DNA of 64,000 nucleotides from Octopus vulgaris (Eukaryota): assembly GCA_951406725.2 (NCBI GenBank), contig OX597818.1, positions 41,726,001 through 41,790,000 of the forward strand, read 5' to 3'. Below are positions 1 to 13,250 of this stretch, piece after piece; position 1 is the first letter of the stretch; each line of letters opens with the position of its first letter. A model generated the notes under the pieces. That model did not search any database and was not told the origin of the DNA. It was given only the letters and a program-made list of their open reading frames with translations. The translations under genes and the position numbers were made by a program.

Positions 1-498
1 TAAATTCATTGTGCAGAATATTGTCAACTCTCTCATGGAGTATGCTAATAGCATTGGCTATTTGCCTGTTATCCATCGCCATGAACATAATCCTTGTTTT
101 CCTTGGTGGTGGCAGTTGAAGGACATCCAAATTCTGGACCATCTTCAAGACTCTCCCTTCCTTCCTAAATTCAGTTGCCCACTTTTTTTTTGGCATTGTT
201 GATAAAGCTGGAGTGTCACCCCTAATGTAGCAACCATATTAGCATAGATGTTGATAGGGGTTAAACTCTTTTTTTCCTACAGATATTTAATAACACCACA
301 ATGCCAAATTTTTTTGATTTTCAAGAATCGTCAATGCAGTTTACTTTTGAAGTCTTCTTTAAACAGTGAGATGTCAGTTTACCTGGAAAGAAACAATGCA
401 GCTATTAATAACAAAGGTCAAAATTAATGCATACAAGATTTCACAGTGCTAGTCTCACTCCTTCATAGTCAGCTTATGAACTTTTCAGCCCACCCTCA
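1..498 (-). mobile_element. Degenerate mariner transposon, 5' part (cut by window edge)
   Basis: TA + TIR tgagggtgggctgaaaagttcataagctga at the right end; frameshifted N-terminal HTH region (NIYANMVATLG..KWATEFRK.RESLED..ERVDNILHNEF). Confidence 0.75.
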
Positions 499-639
499 TA
501 TATATATCATGTGCATGTCCTCTTGTTGTTTTTATTATTATTTTTAATGTGTGTTGTTTTTGATTTGACTATATGTGTGTGTGTGTGTAAGTATATATAT
601 ATGTATGTATATATGTTAGTATGTATATATATATATATT

Positions 640-673
<34 letters not shown>

Positions 674-977
674 CATGGAAATGGGCGTGTGGCATTCAAT
701 TAAATAATAATATAAATAAAGATGGTCACATGAGGAAAAGAAAGATGGACGATGGTCACATGTGAGCAGCGAGAGAGAGAAAAAGCGAAAGAGGTGGGGA
801 GAGAGAAACAGATAGAAAATGGTGAAATGGAGAAAAAAAGAATTAGAGAAGGAAGTGGGAGAGAAAACAGTATAGAGTAGAGTTGCATCAAAAAGGTTAA
901 GATAGTCTTACTTGGAAATGGATGTATGGCGTTCAATTAAATAATAATATAAAAAACATATCTATCTATCTATCTAT

Positions 978-1101
978 CTGAGGAAAGAAAACTCTGAATG
1001 ACCCATCCTTTTTTTCTTTGTATTGGCTATCTTGATGTTTTGTGTCCCCTTTTTTGTATCACCTACCAGGATGCTTTGCGTTCTTGTCCCATTTTGTATT
1101 T

Positions 1102-1139
<38 letters not shown>

Positions 1140-1890
1140 TATATAATATATATATATATATAGCAGTGTATGCACACTTTAGTCTCTTATATGTAAGTAT
1201 ATATTTATCTAAATCTTGTATGACTCTATTCTTTTATTTTTTCCTTCTTTCAATCAGCCTTTTCATGCTTACTTCATTCATTCCACTCTTCATTCTTTTG
1301 TCCGCCCCTCTCACATTTCCTTGCCTTCTCTTCATGCTCACTTTCCCTCCTCTTTTCACTTCACCATGACCCTGTCATTTTTTCTCACCCCTCCTTATTT
1401 CTTCTGCCCCTCTGCCTCTACCCCTCTTTCTTCTCTCCCCACATGATCAGTGTTCGGCCAAGCCTGACCTTTCTTTCTTGGTTTGGTTGTCCTCCATGCA
1501 ACATCTATATTCCTCCCTGTGTCTGTGAAATCTTGTATCCCTGCTGTAAGGCTTTACTTCCACACATGCAAGCTTAATTTAAATCGTCCTTAGTTGTTGA
1601 AAGACACCTGTTGTTATATCCTGTTATTTGTATTTGTGTAACATTCTCCGTTTTTTTCTGTCCTTGTTTTTGTATACATTCGCTGCTTTCTTCCAAGGAA
1701 TCTAATGCTCTTAGCTTAGTTTTTCCTTGGGGGTGGCCAGATTGGAGCAATCTTGAGTATAACCAACCGAAATTGCAAAGATAATCTACAACTCGACTGA
1801 GGAAAGAAAAGCCATCCTTGTTTACTTTGTATTGTCTATCTGGATGTTTTGTTGTCCCATTTTTTTGTATCACCTAACTGTCTGGATGTT
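978..1890. repeat. Unclassified element with terminal direct repeats
   Basis: About 100 bp (ctgaggaaagaaaa...ccatcc...tttttgtatcaccta...ggatg) occurs at 978-1100 and again at 1797-1890, enclosing (TA)n and a CT-rich tract. Confidence 0.45.
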
Positions 1891-3339
1891 TACTTAGTAA
1901 ACTCTGTAAGGTGGTTGGCATTAAGAAGAGCATCCAGCTGTAAAAACCATACCAAAGCAGACATTGGAGGTTGGTGCATTCCTCTGGCTTTCCAGCCTCT
2001 GTCAAACCAAGTCACGCCAGCATGAAAAATGATGATGATGATGATGATGATGATGATACATACATACATACACTCACACATCATCATTTAATGTCTGTTT
2101 TCCATGATGGCATGGGTTGGACAGTCTGACAGGATCTACTGGGCCGCAGGGCTGTGTCAAGCTCCAGTGCCAACTTTGGCATGGTTTCTATAACTGGTAA
2201 GGAGGTAAGATGCTAGTGTGTGTGTGTAGATGTGTGGATGTGGGTGTGTGTGGATGTGTTTTGTGTCTCCTTGTCTTGACATTGCATGATGTAGGTTTAA
2301 ATGAGCATGTGACCCTATTTTCCAATCTTCCATGGAAACCTATGTTGCTATGGGAAAATATCACCTTGCTTGGAAAGATGTGAAGTTTGACAACAGGAAG
2401 GGTATCAAGCCCTAGAAAATCTGCCTTAATGAAATCTGTCTAGCCCATGCAAACATTGAAAAGTGAATGTTAAAATGATGAAGATGATGATAATGATGAT
2501 GATGATGATGATAATGATGGCAACAACAAAACTGTCAGCATCACAGCTACTACTGATGATTTTATTCTATTTCATTCACCAAAATTTATTCAGAGTAATA
2601 GACCAAAAGTTGATTTATATATTAATATCGATAATTTATAGTATCAGGTGTAATTATATGCCAAAACTGACTCAAATTATTGCAGATAAATAAATATAAT
2701 AAATTTTACAAAAATAAACAAAGAAAGAAGTGATACGAAAGGTGTAATTTATACCAACATAGAAATAATAAATATGATGATATTAATTTTATAATATTAT
2801 ACTTTAAAAAATATTTTTTCATCTTCAATAAAGGATAAACATTTATCCTATGCTTTAATGAGATAGAGTTAACAGCTTGGCTTGGATGATTAATATTATA
2901 CTTTTGTGGATGGAAGGGTATTATGATGCTAACTGCAGTCAGGTAAGCAATAGATATAACAAAACTGAAGAACTACATTGAGTAATTAAATCTGAAGGCT
3001 TCTACAAAGTATTTGATCAATTATTCTCATGCTGCAGTAGTAATACATTCATTATTCATTAAAGCTATTTGGCTTTTATAAGAAAAAATGTGTCTTTAAA
3101 AGAGAAACAGTGTATAATAAACAAATCAATTTACTTATTAGTGATTTGTAGGTACATGGTATTTCATTATGCAACCATGATATACTACAAAGTATATTAA
3201 ATGTTTTTAAAGTCAGTACCATTTTCTACTGCATTAACAGTGAGCTTTACAAAATTTTTGCTAAGGTTATTTTTACAGATATTCTATAGAAATTATATAT
3301 GGTTGATGTTAGGAAGTGCATCCAACTGTAGAAACCATG

Positions 3340-3767
3340 TGAGCTGGCAGAAACCAGTGAGCTGGTAGAAACGTTAGCACACTGGGCGAAATGCTTAGCG
3401 GTACTTCGTCTGCCCTTACGCTCTAGGTTCAAATTCCACTGAGGTCAACTTTGCCTTTCATCCTTTCAGGATCGATTAAATAAGTACCAGTTACGCACTG
3501 GGGTCGATATAATTGACTTAATCCGTTTGTCTGTCCTTGTTTGTCCCCTCTGTATGTAGCCCCTTGTGGGCAGTAAAGAAATAGGTATTTCGTCTGCCAT
3601 TACGTTCTAAGTTCAAATTCCGCCAAGGTCAACTTTGCCTTTCATCCTTTCGGGATCGATTAAATAAGTACTAGTTATGCACTGGGGTCGATATAATCGA
3701 CTTAATCTGTCTGTCCTTGTTTGTCTCCTCTGTGTATATCCCCTTGTGAGCAGTAAAGAAATAAGAA
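3340..3767 (+). mobile_element. tRNA-derived SINE family B with internally duplicated body
   Basis: gagctggcagaaa..gttagcac..gttcaaattcc..ctttgcctttcatcctttc..aagtaccag..ggggtcgat; the ~180 bp body is repeated twice. Other copies at ~4645-4805, 7972-8158, 22446-22843, 23105-23240, 25735-25902, 26205-26395, 28728-28940 (all -) and 30040-30365 (+). Confidence 0.8.
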
Positions 3768-4236
3768 ACCATGCCAAAGCAGACAGTAGAGCTTAATGCA
3801 GTCTCTGGCTCATCAGCTCTTGTCAAACAGCCCAACCCATGGAAAGCAGATACCATTGAGAAGGAGACAGAGCAAAATATATAAGCATTTAATTCAAAAT
3901 TTGGCAATGGATTTTTCATTTGCTATTCTGGAGACACATTATTGTATTTACAGTTAACAGAGTTATACTCTGGATGTTAGAGAAATCTAGCCATTAGAAT
4001 ATGAGTAATATCACTTACATAATACTTTTTCCTTTTGTAAAATAAATAAAATAAATTTCAACCCATGTAAAAGGTGCTTAATGGTATTCATGAAATTCTT
4101 GTAATTTGCTTTCCAACAACATGATTTGGGATTCAGTCCCACTGAGGGACCCCTTGTGCAAATATCTTCTACTATAGCCCTGGGCTGACCAAAGATTTGT
4201 CAGTAGATTTGGTAAACAGTAACTAAAAGAAGCTTG

Positions 4237-4645
4237 TCATATCTTGTTTGCTCTGGTTGATTCTGTGAGAGCGGACAGCAGCCTGTTGTCTGAGGTCTCA
4301 CAGGGTCTTTTTCTGCACATTATAAGCTTTGTGAATTTATCTTGGAAGACATTCAACACCCAAGTACTAATCACAAAATCCAGAGCAGGGCAGATTTTTG
4401 GGCCTGCTCTTATGTCAATTCCAATTTCTCTGATATATTTCTCAAACTTGGTTGTTAGTGCTTTGAGTGCCCCTACAACTACTGGGATGACAGACACTCT
4501 CCTCATGGTTCCCATTATTGCAATTTCGTCTTTAAGTTGTCTGTACTTTTCAATCTTTTCTTGTTCTTTGTCACTTATGCACACATCCCCCGGTATCTCA
4601 CTTATGCACACATCCCCAGGTATTGCAATATCTATAATCTTGGCT
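4237..4645 (-). mobile_element. R4/Dong-like non-LTR retrotransposon 3' fragment (restriction-like endonuclease)
   Basis: KIIDIAIPGD..KEQEKIEKYRQLKDEI...VIPVVVGAL is an RLE C-terminal motif; short internal tandem duplication (IPGDVCIS x2). Confidence 0.75.
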
Positions 4646-5949
4646 TCAGACACAAGGCCTGAAATTTGATGGGAGAAGACTAGTCGGTTACATCAACCCC
4701 AGTGTTTCACTGGTACTCAATTTATCAGCCCTGAGAGGATGAAAGGCAAAGTCAACCTTGGCGGAAGCAATGGGCAAAATACCATTAAGCATTTCATCCA
4801 GCAGCCCTGTACTGATATGTCAATAGAAGTGTGTATTACCATATTTGATGTGATATATAAGGTAAACAGTCATATTTAAACAAGTCCAATATATACAGTT
4901 GCCTTTATTTTTTTTATATAGAGTGTAATTCATAGACTTTATGAAAGATAAATTGGGCAGAACAATGACCATGATTCTCATCACATTGTGTTAGCACTTG
5001 CTTCACAATTTTTTTTCTGTGTGAATAATATTCCTGGCTAATTATTGTTTTGTCTTACCTGCAATGCATATATTCCTTTCTCTTTATTGATCTAGCAGAC
5101 ACTATGCTTTGCTGAGGAGTTTTAATAAGACTGAATCAGGTTTGGAGTTGTCAACATTTCCTTTAAAGATTAGACTATTTTCCCTTTCCCCATATTGTCT
5201 ATCTCCATGTAGATTTAATTAAAACTCTGGTGCAGCAATCATTTCAAAAGGAAGGTGGGTGTGAGAAATCACTTTTCTGCTTTACTTTGTCACTTTTGCT
5301 TGGTTGGATGAGATAAGCATTGATCAATGGTTTTACCTCTCTTCACTATGCATATGGCCTTCATGAATTAACATGCTCATCACATTGTGTTAATTCTTAC
5401 ATCAATTAATTTATAGATTTTCTCTTCGTCATGTGTCACTTAACTTTTTACTTGTTTCAGTCATTTGGTTATGGCCATGCTGGAGCAATGCCTTAAAAGG
5501 TATCGTTGTGCAAATTGAGACCAGTACTTCTTTTTCCTTTTTTTTTAAAGTCTAGTATTTATTCTATCAGTTTCTTTGACTGAACTGCTAAGTTACAGGG
5601 CTGTAAACAAACTAACATCAGTTGTCAAGTGGCAGGGGACAAATACAAGCACTCCTCTGCTTTGTGGCAGAAGTAGGAAGAAAGAGTGAGAGATAGTTGT
5701 GGTGAAAGAGTACAGCAGGGTTCACCATCCTCCCCTGCCAGAGCCTTGTGGAGCTTAGGTATTTTTGCTCAATAAACACTCACAATGCCCGGTCTGGGAA
5801 TTGAAACCACATTCTTATGACCACGAGTCCGCTGCCCTAACCACTGGGCCATTGCGCCTCCTCTGCTGTTGTTGTCATTCTTTCAGCTGTTGTTGCTGCC
5901 TCTTTTGCAAGTCAAGCAAACTGGCCAACAAATCTTCCCTAATTTTACA

Positions 5950-6427
5950 ATTTTTCGTTAAATTTACACAAAAACTTTGTGAATTTACTAACTCTTCCAC
6001 GAGTTTCTATTAACTCCCTGTGAATTGGTTAATCCTTGTCGAGTTTATCAATTCCTCTTGAGTTGTTTAAATTCTCTTCGAGGTTCTATTAATTCCACGT
6101 AAGTTGGTCTATCCTCATCGCCATTGTTATAAAGCGGTCTTTTGCCACTGTTGTATCTGTCTTTATATGACATTTGTCACTCTGACAGATATTATTATAT
6201 TCCAAAGTCATCAATAGAATGTTTCTATCTGGCGCTGTATGACCCTATCCCCAGTAGTACAGTGTTATCCTCAAAAGGTTGGATCATTATAGCGCCCACT
6301 TGGTATCACAGTATAATTACTATATCAGTGCAGACACAACTATCAACACAGTCTACATGTACTCTCGTACTCTACATACTCCCATCACATTAGAGGGGTG
6401 TACAATTATTACTAATTACCTGTAACA
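5950..6427 (-). mobile_element. Gypsy-like LTR (6125-6427) with PBS (6111-6123) and start of internal leader
   Basis: Termini TGTTA...TAACA. On the minus strand the LTR is followed after 1 nt by TGGCGATGAGGAT, one transition from TGGCGACGAGGAT (complement of the tRNA-Ser(GCT) 3' end), then by degenerate ~21 bp repeats. Confidence 0.55.
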
Positions 6428-7079
6428 AGAAGTAATCATAAAAAGCCACCTACAGGAAAAGAAGTAGACTATAGGATTAGAAGTAATCTATAGGATGAGA
6501 AACATCATAATAGGGGTACTACAACAACATAAAGCTAATTGCCCATGTAACTGTTCTTTCAAACCATATGACATCTACTCATGCACAACATTAGAACAGG
6601 AGAGAAAAGTAATGTTGTATATATTGTTAATGTTTGCTTGAGGAGACCTATTGAGTCAAGTACATCAACATCAACATCAAATGGAAATTGTAGTTATGAT
6701 ACCCGTGCCGCTGGCATGTAAAATGCACCGTCAGAACATGGCTGATGCCAGCGCCACCTGACTGGTGTCCGTTGCGGTGACACGTAAAAAGCACCAACCA
6801 GTCGTGGCCGTTTGCCAGACTCCTCTGGCCCCTGTGCCGGTGGCACATAAAAAGCACCCACTACATTCACGGAGTGGTTGGCATTAGGAAGGGCATCCAG
6901 CTGTAGAAACACTGCCAGATCAGACTGGAGCCTGGTGCAGCCTCCTGGCTTCCCAGACTCTGATTGAACCGCCCAACCCATGCTACCATGGAAAACAGAC
7001 GTTAAACGATGATGATGGTGGTGGTGGTGGTTTTGGTGGTGATGGTGAGGATGATGATTGTTAGTATTATCATTCTGAC

Positions 7080-7293
7080 TAAGGTGCCGAGCTGGCAGAA
7101 TTGTTAGCACACCAGGCAAAATGCTTCGCAGCATTTCATTTGTCTTGACATTCTGAAATTAAATGCCACTGAAGTTGACTTTGCCTTTCATCCTTTTGAG
7201 GTTGATGAGCTAAGTACTAGTTGAGCACTGGGGTTGACGTAATCAACTTACTCCCTCCCCAAAATTACTGGCCTTGTACAAAAATTTGAAACC
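7080..7293 (+). mobile_element. SINE family B copy with perfect 17-bp TSD
   Basis: TSD agtattatcattctgac at 7063-7079 and 7294-7310. Confidence 0.85.
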
Positions 7294-7803
7294 AGTATTA
7301 TCATTCTGACGAGAAACTACTTACAAAATATCAACAGCTACCGTTATCTTAAAATAAATAACTGGCCTAGAACCTGTCAAAAATGACAGGGATTATTTGA
7401 GTATGGAATACATTATGCAAACATAAACTCTGTATAGAGGTTTGCAGTTAAATATATGATGACTTATGTTTTTGTTATTGAATTGAAAAAGAGAACACTA
7501 TAACAGTAAATAGCAAAAAGCAGAAGAATACTTAGAATGCTTCGCCAGAGATAATTACATATGCATGTCACAGAATGGTTTAAGCTGAGATTGAAGAACA
7601 AATCAACTTCAGCCTGTTATTCTTATAACTATTTTTTTTTTTAATACTATATGATGCATTTTCTGATCAATAGCAAAATTGGTTACAGGTTTCCAACAGG
7701 CCAATCACTGAATGACAGACATTAAAAGATGATGATGATGACAGCAGCGATGATGCTGAAGACGATGATGATGATGATGATGATGATATGACATGTACAT
7801 GAA

Positions 7804-7836
<33 letters not shown>

Positions 7837-9084
7837 ATACATATATTATATATATAATCATCATCATCATCTAGTAAGATTACCAAGTAACATGCATGAC
7901 GAAGAAAAACAGAAGAAGCCTCATTCATTGAGTGGAGGCTGTAATAGGTAGCAATGGGGAAATGGTTTTATACCTATTTCTTTACTGCCCACAAGGGGCT
8001 ACACACAGAGGGGACAAACAAGGACAGACAAACGGATTAAGTTGATTATATCGACCCCAGTGCGTAACTGGTACTTAATTTATCGACCACAGAAGGATGA
8101 AAGTCGACCTCGGCGGAATTTGAACTCAGAACGTAACAGCAGACAGAATACGGCTAGGCTAAAATATGATAGGAAAAGCATATGTATCATACAATAGAAG
8201 AGGTACATGGCTATGAGAGTGAGTCGGAGTAGCTGGAAAGAAGATAAAATATTGATGATGAGGTGTCGGAGTGTATTCCAAGGTACTGGAAGGTGAGTAA
8301 AAGACAGAATGTGGACCAAGGATTGAGAGTTGTGGATGGATAAGTTCATAGGAGTATGAGAGTAGAGCGATAGTTGGTTAGAGACGGAGATGAATGAAGT
8401 GAGTAATGTACAAGTGCGGAGGTGTGGTCAGTGGTAAATATCAGTATGGGGAAGGGGAAGGTAAAAGAAATAACCCAGGAAGGAGGAGCTAATAAGTGGC
8501 AGTACAGGAACGATGGAGAACAGCAGTATAATAAGCCTGTAGATAGATAAAAAAAAGGAGAGAGATGATGTGTGGTGTGGGAGAATGGCAGACGGGGGTG
8601 GGGGAGAAATGCATAGGGACAGAGATGGAGACCAGAGGTATGTAGTGGTGGCTACAGTGAGTGGAGGATAAAAATGGTGGATGCATCAACAACAGATATG
8701 AGAGGATGTTAAATATACTATCTATACCTCTAGGGAATCACCTGGGCATTTGAGAGAATCTATTTCCCATGTATTCTTAATATATATTGCTTATTAGTAC
8801 AGCTGAAGAGAAAACATACCTTATTGACTCTATGCATGGTTCTGGAATTAATAATATCTGTTTTGAGTGAAATATTCTCTTGTTTTTTAAATCTATTTCA
8901 TTTCTATTTTAGTGTTTTGCCATAGCCCTGAAATCGTCAACTATTATTATTCCCTGAAGCACTTTAAAATAGATTTGCTTGTGTTTTGACAGAATTAGGA
9001 TGTGTTTTTAACTGACATGTGTGTGTATGGAAATACAAGCACACACACAATATATGCTTATATTATTAAAGTCACTAGAAGAAA

Positions 9085-10105
9085 TCATCCTCATCATCGT
9101 CGTTTAACGTCCGTTTTCCATGCTGGCATGGGTTGGAAGGTTTGACTGAGATCTGGAGAGCCAGCGGCTGCACCAGGCTCCAATCTGATCAGGCAATGTT
9201 TCTACAGCTGGATGCCCTTCCTAACATCAACCACTCTGAGGGTGTAGTGGGTGCTTTTTATGTGCCACCAGTGCAGGAGCCAGTCAGGCAGGCCTGGCAT
9301 CGATCATGTTTGGATGGTACTTTTTACATGCCACTGGCACAAGAGCCAGTTAAGGGGTACTGGCATTGGCCATGATCAGTTGGTGCTTTTATGTGCCACT
9401 GGCATGGGAGCCAGTCAGGCAGACCTGGCATCAACCACATTTGGATGGTGCTTTTTACGTGCCACTGGCACAAGAGACAGTCAAGGGGTACTGGCATTGG
9501 CCACAATCAGTTGGTGCTTTTTATGTGCCGCTGGCACGGAAGCCAGTCAGGCAGACCTGGCATCAACCACATTTGGATGGTGCTTTTTATGTGCCACTGG
9601 CACGGGAGCCAGTCAGGGGGCACTGGCCACAACTACGATATTAGTTTTACTTGACTCAACAGGTCTTCTCAAGCATATCATATCGCCTGATACAGCAGGG
9701 ATATTCTTAACTGGGCCGGACATGTGTGGCTGTGATCTCACTTTAGTTTCCAGGTCTCAATCACAGCATATCTCCAAAGGTCTCGGTCTCCCATCATTGC
9801 CTCTGTATGGCCCAATGTTCGAAGGCCATGCTTCCCCACCTCATCCCATGTCTTCCTGGGTCTACCTCTTCCACAGGTTCCTTCTACAGTTAGGGAGTGG
9901 CACTTCCTCACACAGCTGTCTTCATTCATATGCAACTCATGACCATACCAAGATAGACGCCTCTCTTGCACACCACATTTGATGCTTCTTATGCCCAAGT
10001 TTTCTCTCAGGGCACTTACACTCTGTCGTGTATGCACACTGACATTATACATCCAGCAGATCATAATAGCTTCATTTCTTTCAAGCCTACGCATGTCCAC
10101 AGCAG
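9085..10105 (-). mobile_element. 5'-truncated RTE-clade LINE (ORF end + 3'UTR + (GAT)n tail)
   Basis: ORF 9738-10100 (MRRLERNE..RRLSWYGH..GRGRPRKTWDEV..DRDLWR) is a typical RTE C-terminus; the 3'UTR holds six ~66-bp tandem units (9252-9630). Confidence 0.9.
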
Positions 10106-10117
10106 GATGTTATCATC

Positions 10118-10378
10118 ATTATTATTTAACATCCACTTTTCCATGCCTGCATTGGTTGAACGGAATTTATTTGAAACAGATTTTCTACAGTTGGATGACC
10201 ATCCTGTCACCAATCCTCACCTGTTTCCAAGTAAAATAGTATATCCTCATGGCAAGACATTTTCACAGAATATTGGAAATAAATGACACTGCTTGTATGA
10301 CAGTGACACTCATTTACAAGTACCACACAAAGTCAAAACAAAGAGACACAAACACACACACACCACTCAAATATACAC

Positions 10379-10409
<31 letters not shown>

Positions 10410-10652
10410 TGTATGTATGTATGTATGTATGTATGTATGTATGTATGCATGTATGTATGCATGCATGCATGAATAGAGAGATAGACAGACAGACAGACAG
10501 ATAGGCTTTAGTTTCTCTCTACCAAATTCATTCACCAAGCATTAGTTGGTCTGGAGCTATGGTAAAAGACACTTGCTCAAGTTGTTATGCGATGGAACTG
10601 AACCTAGAACCATATGGTTGAGAAGGAAACTTCTTACCACACAGTCACACCT
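10118..10652 (-). mobile_element. SINE family A variant with RTE-type tail, carrying expanded (ATGT)n
   Basis: Family A tRNA-like head plus ggaaacaggtgagg..gcatggaaaagtggatgttaaa(gat)n tail; similar copies at 16383-16820 (+), 39730-40055 (-), 62840-63230 (-). Confidence 0.7.
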
Positions 10653-12479
10653 TATATATGCAAATTAAATGTTAGTTTGGAAAGATCACAAAGAAATTAT
10701 TGCTTAATAAATCTTTATTCAGTTGTTTCTTCATAGAAACAATGAAATCACATCAATAATTGAAAATTATACTACAATATATGGTATCTTTATTGATTAT
10801 TTTTAAAATTCAAATGTTGACATTTTGTTAAGAAAGTATTTAAAGAAACGAAGAAATCGATAATGAAAGTATTTACATTGTTGGTTATGTCTTTGATATC
10901 CTTCCATAGTTACAGTCAACCAATGGGACACTTGTCCATATTGCTTTTTTCACATATTGTTTCCCTGATGTTTACATTTTCTAGTGATGATACACACATA
11001 CACACACATTCATGGCACATTTCTGAACTATATTCCAAACTTATACAATCTTTGTACTAATTATATAATTAAATAAGACGTATTTACTCAACAAATAAGA
11101 ATTCTAAATTATGTTTAGTGATATACTAACTTTGCAGATAAAATCTATGATGATGAGTTTACCAACAATATATTTGACTGTATGATAAATTTATTGACAA
11201 TCTATTGGGTAATGATGTAATTACCTTGTGATGATATTACCAGATGATGAAATTATAGGCAGTGTATTTTCCCCAATGTAATTACATAAGATGAATTTAC
11301 AGAGCTGAATTAACAGAAGTCCATTCTGCCTGAATGTAACATGTGATTTATATGCTTGCATTGGAGTTAATGCAGAGAAGCCTAAGAAGTGACTTCATTG
11401 GCTGAGTTGTATGACCTGATCTGGGTCAAATAAATAATACAGTGTGTGTTTTTTTCTTCTTCTCAGTTTTGCTCATGTGAAAACATGGCACATCACAACT
11501 GTGAAGGAAACAAATCTCATAAACATTTAATACGTGACTACATTTTATAATATAAATGTAAACTGTGCCCTAGCATACAGCTGAAACTGCACTTAAGCTT
11601 GTTTAAAACTGTGTGCTATATGCATACTTTTAGACAAAAAAAAAAATTTAGATCTTGAAAAATCATCGAAAATTATTCCTCTTAAAATCATTCAGAAAAA
11701 TGTACTTGGATTTCTATAGATACTCAGCTGGAAACTTGCAGTTGCTGAAATTTTCACGTGTGAACTGAAATATCTGTGCAAGCTTAAAAAAGTCACCACA
11801 GTACAGACATGATCAGCAATCAATATACATTCAAAACAAAGAAGTAGTACCAAATATGGTTTAGTCATTGTTGAGTCAACAGTTGAAAAATCTTAACAAG
11901 TTCTGACAATGAGTGAATCTATTGGTCAGTATTTATACGTTGCATTATCATGCAGCTTCATGGCCAAATACACTTTGCTTCATAGAGAAGAATAGCATTA
12001 TTATGCAGTTTTATGTGATGCTTAATCCCCAATAAACAAAATAAGTGGTTTTATCAATCTACAAGCATGAAAAGAGACACATAGAGAATTTATCTGAGTA
12101 AGAAACAAGATTATATCCAGTCCTAGGAGATCAGTGTTGCTAGCTAACAAAATTGTTCCTGCCATATGGTACATACAGATAGTTATTGTGTATAAGTAAA
12201 TAGCATAATGGATTGAGCATTTTGAGATAAAGTGTCTTGGCAACAGACACTATAAATCCCAATAATAGGATACAAATCGCTGACATACCAGTTAGTTTGT
12301 GAAACATGTCCTCAACACCATCAATTTATAACTAGTCTATCACAATGGATCAAAACATCATTGCAGACTTTACAACTTTAAAAAACAAAAAACACTATAA
12401 ATTTATCTTATTTTAATAGAAATTATTCATTAATTGCCAAGCATCCAAACATCTCCTCCAAAGAGTTTGGAATTTAGTA

Positions 12480-13250
12480 AGAATTTTAAAACTATTTTGT
12501 ACAATAATAATATCCATAAAAATCTGCATATTAAGAAGACTCTTTTGGTCTTTGACAACTACTTATAGATAAAAAAAATAACTATCCAATGTCAGTATAA
12601 CTATGATGTAATAAAGGTGTGGGAATAAGTAAATTGGTAGCTTCTGGATACATTCACAATTAGGTTTTCAGCTCCCAAGATATTAGAGATATACAAAAAT
12701 AATAGGTTGGAAACATCCAACTTCATGAATAGCAATAACCAAGGCATGTTTTAAAATAATTTCATAAAGCATTCAAGAAATTTAACTGAAAAAAATCCTG
12801 CTAGAACTGTCAACATTTTTGACATGTCATTAGATCTAATTATTGATGATTATTATTCCTTAGAGAAAGACAAGCTATATATATTCGTGAAAATTTTAAT
12901 CATCCACCAAAGTATTCAGTAAGGAAAATATCCAAAATAACTTTCAGCAAAAATATTTTTATCATGTTTCACGGTTTTCTTATAAATAGTGTATTTAAAG
13001 AGAAACCGAATATGTAAGGACAAAAACAGTAAAATAATAAAACCAAGAAAATAAACCCACAATTGGGCATAAATGTAGCAGCTAACATGAATAGATGTTT
13101 GCTTACATTTTTCAGAAAGCATATTCACACTGATGAAAGGTATATAAAGCACTTCAATAAAAACAACAGAAAGGTTAGTTATAGCTGTGAGGAAAATGCT
13201 GATAGTTTGACAGCTAAAAATAATGTGATTTATAGCTTACTTAGAAATAA
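12480..13250 (+). pseudogene. Highly decayed Penelope-like element RT/linker remnant
   Basis: Ordered degenerate motifs: YDVIKVWE*V..*LL (~YDGAEVCELVG.YLL), EIYKNNRL (~GLYRDDGL), FDMSLDL (~FLDVTL.L), NHPP, and RKH...KHFNKNNRKVSYSC (~KHFP...KIFNRNT.KVSYSC). Confidence 0.7.

Noticed and set aside
9252-9630. CRISPR-like repeat/spacer appearance
   Set aside because: The spacers are themselves repeated, the context is a eukaryotic LINE 3'UTR, and there are no cas genes.
9251-9982. 243-aa plus-strand ORF
   Set aside because: Antisense to an RTE 3' end and driven by its 66-bp tandem repeat.
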